In this document: positions 10,369-19,949 of the stretch, one piece after another | Numbering within the stretch: position 1 is the stretch's first letter | Layout of the letters: each line of letters starts with the position of its first letter | DNA from: Desulfatiglandales bacterium | GTDB lineage: Bacteria > Desulfobacterota > DSM-4660 > Desulfatiglandales > Desulfatiglandaceae | DNA length: 64,000 nucleotides | Direction of reading: 5' to 3' | NCBI GenBank assembly: GCA_963666345.1 | Contig: OY762721.1 | Span: forward strand, 1,088,001 to 1,152,000 | Position numbers and translations under genes: made by a program | The notes under the pieces: model-generated | What the model was told of the DNA's origin: nothing | What the model saw: the letters and a program-made list of their open reading frames with translations, nothing else | Databases searched by the model: none

Positions 10369-10384
10369 AGCAAGGCGTGTGCCA
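10369..10384 (-). promoter_or_regulatory. sigma54 (-24/-12) promoter of the cytochrome-lipoate operon
   Basis: Minus strand reads TGGCAC-ACGCC-TTGCT. Confidence 0.8.
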
Positions 10385-10691
10385 TTATATATGAAAGGTC
10401 CATGACCGGGTAACTGTCTGATTAATTAAGACTGAAATGACATGTCTGATTGGGAAAGGCCGGGTTGGTCGAAAAAACTGTCAATTTTTTTTACACTATG
10501 TAAAAAGGCAGGGCATTCTATCTGAACCGCCGAGCATGAGGATCATGGAACATTTAACCTCTTCCGAGACAGGTTGGCTTATTTCATAATAGAATATCTG
10601 GTTATATGCGTCAGTTTGGGAAAACGGCTCTACGTTAATGATTCGGGTAAAACAGCTGCCTTGCAGAAATCGAAAATTTCCTGATGGAGAA

Positions 10692-10759
10692 TTCAGCCGT
10701 CTGTATTCAGCCAAATGACCTGTTTTTTTTATTTCTTTTGCCGACAGCCGATAGCTGAG
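10692..10759. repeat. Intergenic repeat family B, copy 1
   Basis: TTCAGCC..TTCAGC..AATGACCTGTTT..TCTTTTGC..ACAGCCGATAGC.GAG, recurring at 26191-26257. Confidence 0.7.
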
Positions 10760-10792
10760 TGCGAATCCGGCCCTGTTGACCGGGATTTACTT

Positions 10793-11587
10793 CTAACCCT
10801 TTGATCCAAGACGCAATCCGCCATGGATGAAAAAGACCTCGCCGGCCATAGCCTCGTTTCGGAAAAGTTCCGCAACAAGGCTTGCGACCTCATCAGGTTC
10901 CACAAGCCTCTTTATCGGAACATCCTCCAGTATGCGATCAAGGGCCTTCTGATTCATGCCTTTAACCATGGCAGTGCCCACATACCCGGGAGCTATCGCA
11001 ACGCATCTCAGCCTGCTGGAAAGACCCTTTCTGAAAAATTCAGAGGTTATCACCTTCGGTATTACAGACATTGCAGCCTTTGAAGAAGCATAGTTTATCT
11101 GACCCGCCGTGCCCAAAGATCCGGTTGAAGAAATAAGGCATATCAGCCCCTTGGAACCGGAATTTACCATCTGTTCGCTACATTCCCTTATTGTAAGGAA
11201 TACCCCGCTCAGATTTATATCCAGGACCGATTGGAACTGCTCAAGAGACATCTTTTTCCTTACCTTGCCGGATTCCCTGTCGACAGACAACATAAGGCCG
11301 TCCTTTATTATACCCGCACAGGGAATGACAAGGTTTATGGAACCGAATTTTTCAATAGCAAGTAAGGCAAGGGCCTCGTTATCCTTTTCCCTTGTTACGT
11401 CGCATACCATGGTAACGACCTTACCGCCTGCCTCTTTTACTTCTTCCTCAACGCGATTAAGGCTTTCAGGATCAAGATCAGCCAGAACAAGATTTCCGCC
11501 GTGAGAAGCCCATTTTTTGGCCACGGCCTCTCCTATTCCGCTGCCCCCGCCTGTTATTACAGCCACTGAGCCTGCAATTTCCAGCAT
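10793..11587 (-). CDS. Short-chain dehydrogenase/reductase (3-oxoacyl reductase / 3-hydroxyacyl-CoA dehydrogenase-like)
   Basis: TGGGSGIG, YASSK, IAPGYV. Confidence 0.85.
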   Translation of the reverse strand: MLEIAGSVAVITGGGSGIGEAVAKKWASHGGNLVLADLDPESLNRVEEEVKEAGGKVVTMVCDVTREKDNEALALLAIEKFGSINLVIPCAGIIKDGLMLSVDRESGKVRKKMSLEQFQSVLDINLSGVFLTIRECSEQMVNSGSKGLICLISSTGSLGTAGQINYASSKAAMSVIPKVITSEFFRKGLSSRLRCVAIAPGYVGTAMVKGMNQKALDRILEDVPIKRLVEPDEVASLVAELFRNEAMAGEVFFIHGGLRLGSKG

Positions 11588-11643
11588 TACCCTATACCCC
11601 CCCACCTGAAAAATGGATTTTTTGCATCCGGGACAAAAACGTC

Positions 11644-13059
11644 TCAGTCCTTCTTGATCATCTCATCGTACAATCCCCGCTTGTCAACAACCCGTTTGGC
11701 CTTGAACTCTGTCCTTTCAAGGGTCCCCGGTTTCATCATCTGGACAACCGTCCTCAGGCCTCTGGCCTTGAGCCGGATCTCAAGCCTTCTGGCCAGTTCA
11801 GGCACAACTGCCTCGTCAACGTCAGGGTTGTATTCACTCTGGACTATGAGTTCATCCATGGTCTTTTCCCTGGTTATGACGATACGAAATTCATCCCCCA
11901 TACCCTCAATGCCTCTTATTGCATCTTCGATAGCGCTTGGATAGACATTTTCCCCCCTCACCACAAACATGTCATCCGCCCTGCCGTATATGCCTCTGGG
12001 CAACCTCGGATAGGTTCTTCCACAGGGGCATTCATCATTCACCCACATGGAAATATCACCCGCCATAAAACGGATCATGGGCTGTGAATCCCGTTCAAGA
12101 TGAGTATATACAGTAACGCCTTCCTCACCGTAGGGAACCCTCTTTAAGGTCCTAGGATCCACCAGTTCGGCATAGACCATATCCTGCCACAGGTGCATGC
12201 CCTTCCTGTATTCGCATTCGCTGTTACTCATCCAAGGGGCCATCTCCGCTGTAGAGCCCGAATCTATACATATCCCGCCGTATATATCTTCTATCCTCTT
12301 TTTTGTGGAAGGCACACCTGCTCCAGGTTCACCGGAAAAAAATAGTATTCGGAAATTGAAATCCTTTCTCGGGTCAAGCCCCTTTTCCTTTGCCTTCTCA
12401 GCCAGGTAGAGGCTGTATGAAGGCGTACCGTAGAATACCGTAGGCCTGACGTCTTTCATCCATTCAAGCGCTCTGTCCGACTGACCTGCCACACCCGCGC
12501 CGAAAGGAAAGGCTGTGGCACCGAGTCTCTCAGCCCCTGCAAGAGCCCCCCAGCTGCCCCAATAAAGGCTGAAAAACGAGCCGACAAAAACAGTGTCCTC
12601 CTGGCGCACCCCGAACCCCCACATGATCCTTGCGTGAGCCTCTGCAATGCGTGCCATATCTCCCTTGCTTATGCCGAAGGCTGTCGGTTTCCCGGTCGTG
12701 CCTGAAGTACCCTGCACCCTGGCCAGATCTTGAGCGGAAACGCATAAATTACTTCCAAAGGGCGGATATTTTGCCTGATCCTCACGGATTTCCTCTTTTT
12801 TGACCACAGGAATTTTTTCAAAATCCTCAAGGCTTTTTATATCCTCCGGCCTGAGACCTGCCTTATCCCACTTATTTCTGTAAAACTGGGAACTTCTGTA
12901 TGCATAATCCAAGACATTTTTGAGTTTTGGAAGGATCACCTTCTCTTCTCGCTCTTCAGGATCCATGGTTTCAAGCTCTTTGTTCCAGTAATAAGAGTCA
13001 GATGAGGGTATATAGGCGCGATCATTCTGAGGGGGCCATATGCTTTTCATATACATCAC
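11644..13059 (-). CDS. Phenylacetate-CoA ligase family protein, resembling 2-hydroxyisobutyrate-CoA ligase
   Basis: GTSGTTGKPTAFG, AHARIMWG, SLYWGSWGALAGAERL, SGEPG, CGRTYPRLP, GRADDM..RGENVYPS. Confidence 0.85.
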   Translation of the reverse strand: MMYMKSIWPPQNDRAYIPSSDSYYWNKELETMDPEEREEKVILPKLKNVLDYAYRSSQFYRNKWDKAGLRPEDIKSLEDFEKIPVVKKEEIREDQAKYPPFGSNLCVSAQDLARVQGTSGTTGKPTAFGISKGDMARIAEAHARIMWGFGVRQEDTVFVGSFFSLYWGSWGALAGAERLGATAFPFGAGVAGQSDRALEWMKDVRPTVFYGTPSYSLYLAEKAKEKGLDPRKDFNFRILFFSGEPGAGVPSTKKRIEDIYGGICIDSGSTAEMAPWMSNSECEYRKGMHLWQDMVYAELVDPRTLKRVPYGEEGVTVYTHLERDSQPMIRFMAGDISMWVNDECPCGRTYPRLPRGIYGRADDMFVVRGENVYPSAIEDAIRGIEGMGDEFRIVITREKTMDELIVQSEYNPDVDEAVVPELARRLEIRLKARGLRTVVQMMKPGTLERTEFKAKRVVDKRGLYDEMIKKD

Positions 13060-13136
13060 TCCTTTGTGTTTATGTTATTCCCATTTTTTCATTAATGTGC
13101 CCTATCTTCCGGCAATTTATGCTGTTACCGGGGCGC

Positions 13137-13562
13137 TCAACCCGTCTTCTCAGCCACGAGATTCTTTATAGAGGAAACGATATCCTCACTCGATGCCCCG
13201 GGTGTAAAAACCCCGTCAAATCCCATATCATAGAGGCTATTCCCATCATCAGGAGCAAATACACCTCCGATAATAAAAACCATCTCTTCCCTTAGGCCTT
13301 TCTTTTGAGCCTCTTCAATAAGGGGCTTTCCAAGTGTAAGATGTGCACCGCCGAGAGAACTTACTCCGACGACATCGGCATCTTCCTGAATAGCCGAGCT
13401 TATTATCTCACCTGGAAGCGCATTCCCTATGTAAACGACCTCCATTCCCGCATTGCTCAACTCCTTTGCTACGGTAATAACACCTCTGTTGTGAACATCC
13501 AGACCCAGTTTGGAAAGGATTACTTTGATTTTCTTGACCATAAGGGAATTTTTCTCCTCCAT
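13137..13562 (-). CDS. Acyl-CoA mutase cobalamin-binding small subunit
   Basis: KLGLDVHNRG (DxHxxG), GVSSL, IIGG. Confidence 0.9.
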   Translation of the reverse strand: MEEKNSLMVKKIKVILSKLGLDVHNRGVITVAKELSNAGMEVVYIGNALPGEIISSAIQEDADVVGVSSLGGAHLTLGKPLIEEAQKKGLREEMVFIIGGVFAPDDGNSLYDMGFDGVFTPGASSEDIVSSIKNLVAEKTG

Positions 13563-13591
13563 GTTGTTAAATTATGCGTTAGTAAGGCTTG

Positions 13592-15349
13592 CTATTTCCA
13601 GAGGGCGGGCGGAGTCCATAAACCGAATGAATCCTTAAAGACCCTGAACAGTTCCCCTTCAGTACACCTGGCCCTCGCACAATCCACACTGAACGGCAGG
13701 ATGTTTTTCTTTGTCCTGCATGCATCTTTCAATGCCTCAAGAGCTGACCCCACCTTTTCATTGTCCCTTTTCAATCTCAGTTTCTGAAGACGCTCCTTCT
13801 GCATCTGCTCAACACCTTCAGGGTATTTGAAAACATTTATGGGAGGCGGTTCAATCTCCGATTTGCATGTATTATATGCAACAATAGGGATATCACCTTT
13901 CTCAATATCTCTCTGCTGGTTGGAAAAATAGGAGGATATCTTGTTGTGAAGCAGGCCGCTTTCAATACATGCGACATAACCGCCTTCTGTTTCGATCTCA
14001 TCTAATTCATCCAGAATCCTTTTTTCCATTTCATTTGTGAGGGCCTCTACATAAAAAGATCCACCAAGAGGATCGACCACATCGGTGACGCCTGTCTCCT
14101 TCTGAATTATTTGCTGAGTCCTGAGGGAAACCAGCGCGGCCTCCTCCGTCGGCACTGAATAGGCCTCATCGTAAGAATCGACATGAAGAGACTGAACGCC
14201 ACCGAGAACGGCTGCCAATGCGTGAAAAGAGGACCTGATTATATTATTGAGAGGTTCCTGCTGTATCAGAGATACGCCGGATGTCTGGGCATGGCATCTC
14301 ATCCACATGGCCCTAGCGCTTTTTGCATGGAACCTGTATTTCATTATTTTATACCAGAGTCTTCTTACTGCACGAAGACGAGCTACCTCTTCAAAAAAAT
14401 CGCTTGCAGGCGACCAGAAAAACGCCATCCGATCCGCTACCGAGTCCACATCAAAACCTCTGGATATCATCTCATCCAAGGTTTCGATTCCATTTGCAAT
14501 GGCCACCGCCATTTCTGTAACCGCAGAAGTCCCGAACTCCCTCAAGTTGTACCCGTTTAGAGTAATATAGTTCCATCCGGGTACATTTTTCCTGATGAAT
14601 TCGATGTTGTCACATTGGATCCTGAAACAGTCCTGAGGCGGCGTATATTCAGCTCCGCTCCTGATAATCTCTTCGAGAGTCGTATCATTCTGAACGCTTC
14701 CTCTCAATTTGTCCCATGGGATTCCACGCTCTTCTGCCAATGCGAGATACATGGGAAAAAGGATAGCAGTATTGGAAGGGTAATGGGTGACTATTGAAAC
14801 TGTCACTTCGTCAAGAGGAATATCCTTGAAAAGAAGCTCCATATCCTCCACCGAATCAACGCAGACACCCGACATTCCAACCTGTCCCATGGAAAAAGGA
14901 TCATCTGAATCATACATCTGTATGGTCGGGATATCGAAGAGGACATTCAGCCCGGTTGCGCCGTTATCGATCATGAATTTGATACGGCTGTTGGTATCTT
15001 CAGGAGACCCGAAACCGGTCAACTGCCGCATGGTGAATTCTCTTCCTCGATACATATTTGAGTGGATACCCCTCGAAAAAGGCTCCTCGCCTGAATTGCC
15101 CAGATCCTCAAAGTAATCCAGCCCCGGATTGGAAAGTGGCGTATATAGCATTTCTCTTGGTATGTCGGAGCCAAGGACGGTACGCGGAGTTTTCACCCAT
15201 TCATCTCTGTCCTGCTCCCGGACCGTCTCTCTCATCCATTTTTCAACATGAGCCTTGATTTTCTCAAGCGCATCCGAGTCATATAGAGGGGTCCTTTCCT
15301 TTTGCCGGCCCCGTTCCATCAGTAGATCCCTTGTAGTTTTGTGGTTCAT
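13592..15349 (-). CDS. B12-dependent acyl-CoA mutase large subunit (methylmalonyl-CoA mutase family, atypical specificity residues)
   Basis: PFSRG..MYRG..TMRQLTGF, GSVQND, FFEEVARLRA.R, HAQTSG, LGGVQSLH, DPLGGS. Confidence 0.9.
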   Translation of the reverse strand: MNHKTTRDLLMERGRQKERTPLYDSDALEKIKAHVEKWMRETVREQDRDEWVKTPRTVLGSDIPREMLYTPLSNPGLDYFEDLGNSGEEPFSRGIHSNMYRGREFTMRQLTGFGSPEDTNSRIKFMIDNGATGLNVLFDIPTIQMYDSDDPFSMGQVGMSGVCVDSVEDMELLFKDIPLDEVTVSIVTHYPSNTAILFPMYLALAEERGIPWDKLRGSVQNDTTLEEIIRSGAEYTPPQDCFRIQCDNIEFIRKNVPGWNYITLNGYNLREFGTSAVTEMAVAIANGIETLDEMISRGFDVDSVADRMAFFWSPASDFFEEVARLRAVRRLWYKIMKYRFHAKSARAMWMRCHAQTSGVSLIQQEPLNNIIRSSFHALAAVLGGVQSLHVDSYDEAYSVPTEEAALVSLRTQQIIQKETGVTDVVDPLGGSFYVEALTNEMEKRILDELDEIETEGGYVACIESGLLHNKISSYFSNQQRDIEKGDIPIVAYNTCKSEIEPPPINVFKYPEGVEQMQKERLQKLRLKRDNEKVGSALEALKDACRTKKNILPFSVDCARARCTEGELFRVFKDSFGLWTPPALWK

Positions 15350-15418
15350 TTGAACACCACTCCTTCCGCCCTAAGGATTAGAACGTGTTAAAAAGATGCA
15401 ATAAAACAATTCATATTC

Positions 15419-15429
15419 TGGTGTTACCA
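15419..15429. promoter_or_regulatory. Putative GntR/FadR-type operator 1
   Basis: TGGT-GTT-ACCA palindrome. Confidence 0.6.
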
Positions 15430-15632
15430 ATACAATTATTCTATTTAACTGTCAACCCTCTTCTACGGCTGAAGACTTTCGAAAACTGCCACCCGGCTAC
15501 TAAACATTTATATGTTTTTATATCAACATGTTATGTCTCCATTTGTAAAACATTTCAAAAAATATCTTTCCGGCAATCCTTCCATGCAGGCCGTAAATAT
15601 CTGCAGCCCCTCCCCTTTCGCCTATTCGTTAT

Positions 15633-15645
15633 CTGGTAATACCAG
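15633..15645. promoter_or_regulatory. Putative GntR/FadR-type operator 2
   Basis: CTGGT-AAT-ACCAG palindrome. Confidence 0.6.
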
Positions 15646-15708
15646 TTTTTAATTTGACAATTTCACGGTGTTCTGTTAGTCTTTTCTCAAATTTTTTGAG
15701 GAAAACAA

Positions 15709-16425
15709 ATGTTCACACCTCTTCATCACAAAAAGTTCTCTGACGAGATAACTGAACAGATAATTGGATTGATAAAAAAGGGGGAATTGAGTCCAGGGGA
15801 CAATCTTCCTTCTGAGAGGCAGATGTGCGAAAGCCTTGGTGTAAGTCGACCCCCTCTGCGAGAGGCGCTCAAGACACTGGAGGTGATGGGATTCGTAGAC
15901 ATTCAACAGCGCCGCAAGATAATGGTAAAATCGATTACCACCAATCCCACCCTCTACGACCCTCTCAGCAAGGCCCTGGAAAACGATCAACAAATGGTAT
16001 TTCAACTTCTTGAATTTAGAAGGATACTGGAATCATGGGCCGTTTCAAGATTAACTCAGACAGCGGGCCCTAAAGAAATAAAACAACTCGAAAAACTTTA
16101 TGGTGAATTAAGGAAGGATTTTGAAACAAATCAACTTGGAGTGGATGCAGACGTCAAATTTCATCTGGCCATCTGCAATGCCGCAGGCAACACCATTGTA
16201 TCGCACATAGCGCACACATCCTTCAAACTGCTTAGAGAATCTCAGAAATTGACACGTCAGGTCATTTATAAGGACGAAAAAAACAGGAGAAGCCTCCTTG
16301 AAAAGCATCGAGCGATTCTTGAGGCGATAAAGGCAAAAAACAGCAAAAAGGCGAAAGCCGCCCTGATATCTCACTTCAATTTTGCAGAGCGGCAATTGAA
16401 AAAATGGATGGCATCTCAGGAGTAG
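15709..16425 (+). CDS. GntR family (FadR subfamily) transcriptional regulator
   Basis: PGDNLPSER..LGVSRPPLREAL wHTH; FCD domain with D.KFH..I..AAGN. Confidence 0.92.
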   Translation: MFTPLHHKKFSDEITEQIIGLIKKGELSPGDNLPSERQMCESLGVSRPPLREALKTLEVMGFVDIQQRRKIMVKSITTNPTLYDPLSKALENDQQMVFQLLEFRRILESWAVSRLTQTAGPKEIKQLEKLYGELRKDFETNQLGVDADVKFHLAICNAAGNTIVSHIAHTSFKLLRESQKLTRQVIYKDEKNRRSLLEKHRAILEAIKAKNSKKAKAALISHFNFAERQLKKWMASQE

Positions 16426-16426
16426 T

Positions 16427-16741
16427 TCAGTTTATATTAAGGCCTTCCTTCCAACCCGCCTTAAGATAATATTTCCCCTGGGAGCTTACTATGACGATTC
16501 CCGCCTGGATCAGATATTCAAGAGCCTTCGGCCGGTAGTCTCTAAGGCCAACGTTAAAAGCCTTTTTCTGAACATAAGGAAGCTCTACCGCATTTACAGA
16601 GTCAAGGGCCTCACGGTTTTCAAGGTCCTTAAGTATAAATTTGCAGGCATTCTTGATCTTCCAGCCCATGACAAACCTGCTCAGAATAAACACCCCCACC
16701 AGCAGTATCAAACCGCATATTATCTGTAGAGCCTCATTCAT
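16427..16741 (-). CDS. Small hypothetical membrane-anchored protein
   Basis: N-terminal hydrophobic helix; 4-nt overlap with the upstream gene. Confidence 0.7.
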   Translation of the reverse strand: MNEALQIICGLILLVGVFILSRFVMGWKIKNACKFILKDLENREALDSVNAVELPYVQKKAFNVGLRDYRPKALEYLIQAGIVIVSSQGKYYLKAGWKEGLNIN

Positions 16742-17445
16742 TGGGAAAACCTGTCCAATGCCAGAAACGTATTCGGATCAAGCCTTACGCTGACATCAGG
16801 GATGGATGGATTATCGTGGTCTTTCAGCAGCTTCAGGTAGACACCGCTCACATCGGGCTGGAGCTGCAAAATAAGGCTGAAAAGGTCATCCAGTTTGTCA
16901 CAGGGATAAGGGATACCTCTTTCATTTACCTCCGATATATGACGATGAGAAAGCGCTGAAAACCATATCTCAATTTGGAAATCCTCTGCGATCTTCTTCA
17001 TTGCCAAAAAAAGCTCTTTTTCCGTATTCTCAAAGTCCAAGCCGTCAAAGATGATGGCATTGGGTTTGAAATCAAGCTTTTCCGCAAGGTTCTGCAGATT
17101 CTTACGCAGTCGCGCCGGCTCAAAACTTCCATGAAGGTAGGACAAAATCATTCTGTTCTTTTCAATAAGGATTCGGGATTCATTTTCGTCTGAAATATCC
17201 AGAGCCTTCAGGAGTTCGTAAAAGATGACATTGTAATAGGACATCACCTTCTCCGGCCCCTCTTCGACTGAGACATGTACCAGTTTTTCCTGATGGTAGA
17301 GCTTGTCGAAGGCTATATGAATCAGACACGCTGTCTTGCCTACACCCGCCCGTGCTATCAACACACCCAGATTTCCGGCTCCGAGGGATCTGCGGGACGA
17401 TTTTTCCAGTATTCTCAATGGGCTGACTGAAATAAAATTTTTCAT
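16738..17445 (-). CDS. RecA/KaiC-like P-loop NTPase
   Basis: Walker [20 protein letters not shown]; overlaps the fusA stop. Confidence 0.75.
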   Translation of the reverse strand: MKNFISVSPLRILEKSSRRSLGAGNLGVLIARAGVGKTACLIHIAFDKLYHQEKLVHVSVEEGPEKVMSYYNVIFYELLKALDISDENESRILIEKNRMILSYLHGSFEPARLRKNLQNLAEKLDFKPNAIIFDGLDFENTEKELFLAMKKIAEDFQIEIWFSALSHRHISEVNERGIPYPCDKLDDLFSLILQLQPDVSGVYLKLLKDHDNPSIPDVSVRLDPNTFLALDRFSQ

Positions 17446-19529
17446 TTTTTATCTCCCTTTTCTTTTTCCCTTATACTATTTTTTATCCCCTCTGCCAAGG
17501 CTTCCGGGACCTTGGAATATTTCGAAAACTCCATTGTAAATTCCGCCTTTCCCTGAGTTAGGGATCTAAGGTTGGTTGCGTAACCGAACATTTCCGCCAG
17601 AGGAACCTCCGCCTCTACCGTGGTAAAGGCGCCATCTTCCACGGCACTTGTTATTAGACCTCTTCTCTGATTTATGGAAGCCATCACATTCCCCTGAAAT
17701 TCTGTCGGTCCCTCCACCGAAACTTTCATTACAGGCTCCAGGATGACAGGTTTTGCCTTCATGTAGGCCTGCTTGAAGGCCCCTATGGCCGCCTGCATAA
17801 AGGCCATTTCGGATGAATCCACACTGTGACTCTTTCCGTCATTTATCGTTATATCCATACCGACTACAGGGAAACTGAGCAGTTGCCCTTTTTCAAGACA
17901 CGATTTAAAGCCCTTGTCCACCGCCGGGATATATTCGGTGGGAATAGCGCCTCCCTTTATCTGGTTCACAAGGTGGTAGGTCTCATCCTCGGAAGGTGCC
18001 ATAAAACCGCAGACCCTTCCGAACTGGCCGGAACCGCCTGTCTGTTTCTTGTGGGTGTAATCAAACTCCGCCATTCTGGTAATTGCCTCTCTGTAGGCTA
18101 CCTGAGGAATTCCCGTCACCACGTCGGCATCAAACTCCCTCCTCATTCTTTCCACGTAAACATCGAGATGCAGCTCTCCCATTCCTGAGATTATGGTTTC
18201 ACCCGACTCCTCATCAACGTAAGTTCTGAATGTGGGGTCCTCCTTTGTGAAACGGTTTAGCGCCTTTGACATGTTGTTCTGGGCCTTGTTGTCCGAAGGG
18301 GTTACCGTAAGAGAAATCACCGGCTCCGGCACGAACATGGTTGACATGCTGTAGTTCAGCTTCCCGTTGGCAAAAGTGTCCCCTGAATAGCAGTCAATCC
18401 CGAACAGGGCTATGATATCACCAGCCGTAGCCTTTGCTATATCCTCCATCTCGTCGGCATGCATCTTGACAAGACGGCCCACCTTGATCTTTTTTCTGTT
18501 TCTCGTTATAAAAAGGTCATCTCCCTTTGAAATGGAGCCCTGGTATATTCGCATGTAGGTAAGCTGACCGTAGGGCGTTACCTCAAGCTTGAAGGCCAGC
18601 GCCACACAGGGTAGTTCAGGATCGGCCTTCAGCAGGACCTCTTCTTCCGCGTTATCTATGTCAAGGGCGATACTGCTGACCTCATCCGGTGAAGGAAGAT
18701 AGGTGTTTACCGCATCAAGAACAAGTTGAACCCCTACGTTCTTGTATGCCGAGCCGAGGAATACCGGCGTCATTTGTCTGGAAAGGGTCCCCTTTCTTAC
18801 CGCGTCCATAATCATCTCATCGGTGACGCTTTCCGCGAAAATCGCCTCCATCAGTTCATCGGAAAACATGGAAGCTGCGTCAAGGAGCTCCTCCCTTTTG
18901 GCCTTAGCCTCATCAAGGAGATCGGAAGGGATTTCATCCGTCCTTATATCCTGCCCGCTTTGACCTTCAAAGTAATTGGCCTTCATGGTAACCAGATCCA
19001 CGACTCCATTGAACTCACTTTCAAGACCTATCGGAATCTGCATGAGCACCGCATTGTGTTTAAGTTTTTCCCGCAGTTGCTTAGCCACCTTGTATGGATC
19101 GGCTCCCGATCGATCACACTTATTTATAAATGCTATCCTGGGGACCTTATAGCGATTCATCTGACGATCCACGGTGATCGACTGCGATTGAACACCCCCG
19201 ACCGAGCAAAGGATAAGGATCGCGCCATCCATTACTCTCAGTGCCCTTTCCACTTCAATGGTAAAGTCGACGTGTCCCGGGGTATCGATGATATTGATCT
19301 TGTTTCCCTTCCATTCACATTGAGTGGCAGCCGAGGCAATGGTAATGCCTCTTTCCTTCTCAAGCTCCATAGAGTCCATCGTGGCTCCCACACCGTCCTT
19401 ACCTCTTACCTCATGGATCGCGAATATCCTGTTGGTATAAAAGAGTATCCTTTCGGTAAGGGTCGTCTTACCCGAATCTATGTGTGCGCTTATACCTATA
19501 TTTCTTAATTTCCGTATCTCAGTTGACAT
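17442..19529 (-). CDS. fusA: Elongation factor G
   Basis: [39 protein letters not shown]; start trimmed to MSTEIRK. Confidence 0.97.
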   Translation of the reverse strand: MSTEIRKLRNIGISAHIDSGKTTLTERILFYTNRIFAIHEVRGKDGVGATMDSMELEKERGITIASAATQCEWKGNKINIIDTPGHVDFTIEVERALRVMDGAILILCSVGGVQSQSITVDRQMNRYKVPRIAFINKCDRSGADPYKVAKQLREKLKHNAVLMQIPIGLESEFNGVVDLVTMKANYFEGQSGQDIRTDEIPSDLLDEAKAKREELLDAASMFSDELMEAIFAESVTDEMIMDAVRKGTLSRQMTPVFLGSAYKNVGVQLVLDAVNTYLPSPDEVSSIALDIDNAEEEVLLKADPELPCVALAFKLEVTPYGQLTYMRIYQGSISKGDDLFITRNRKKIKVGRLVKMHADEMEDIAKATAGDIIALFGIDCYSGDTFANGKLNYSMSTMFVPEPVISLTVTPSDNKAQNNMSKALNRFTKEDPTFRTYVDEESGETIISGMGELHLDVYVERMRREFDADVVTGIPQVAYREAITRMAEFDYTHKKQTGGSGQFGRVCGFMAPSEDETYHLVNQIKGGAIPTEYIPAVDKGFKSCLEKGQLLSFPVVGMDITINDGKSHSVDSSEMAFMQAAIGAFKQAYMKAKPVILEPVMKVSVEGPTEFQGNVMASINQRRGLITSAVEDGAFTTVEAEVPLAEMFGYATNLRSLTQGKAEFTMEFSKYSKVPEALAEGIKNSIREKEKGDKK

Positions 19530-19888
19530 CTCAAGACCTCTAAAAAATAGACTGAAAAGTAAACGGCCCAGAGGACCGTTGATTCGCCCCTGAAAGGGGC
19601 CAGTTTGCCATACCGGTATTAAGGACGCCCCCGGTTCCCGTATCAAAAGGATCGCGCCTGTACCGACTACAGGCATCTATCTCATCAGCTGAAAACGCCG
19701 AATGGTCATTAATGGCAAAGATCCCGGGCGAATTTTCCGGAAAAAAGAACTCCCTGTTCCGTAGGCCGGTAGACTAGAGATAGTAAAAAAATGCGATCTT
19801 GCTGTTTTCTAAAAAAATGTAAAGAGATATTATAATACCAAAAACAACTCGCGCAACCCCGTAATTAAAAAAACCATGCACACTTATC

Positions 19889-19918
19889 AAAAAAAACCGG
19901 GCCTGCCCAGGCAGGCCC
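19889..19918 (-). terminator. Intrinsic terminator after the beta-oxidation operon
   Basis: GGGCCTGC/GCAGGCCC stem followed by a T tract on the minus strand. Confidence 0.7.
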
Positions 19919-19949
19919 TTCTCATGCCATTAGGATATCAAGATGACAT

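Noticed and set aside
19530..19676. N-terminal extensions in the ORF track for fusA (also acyl-CoA dehydrogenase, glnK, amtB)
   Set aside because: Family homology and RBS or promoter positions support the downstream starts.
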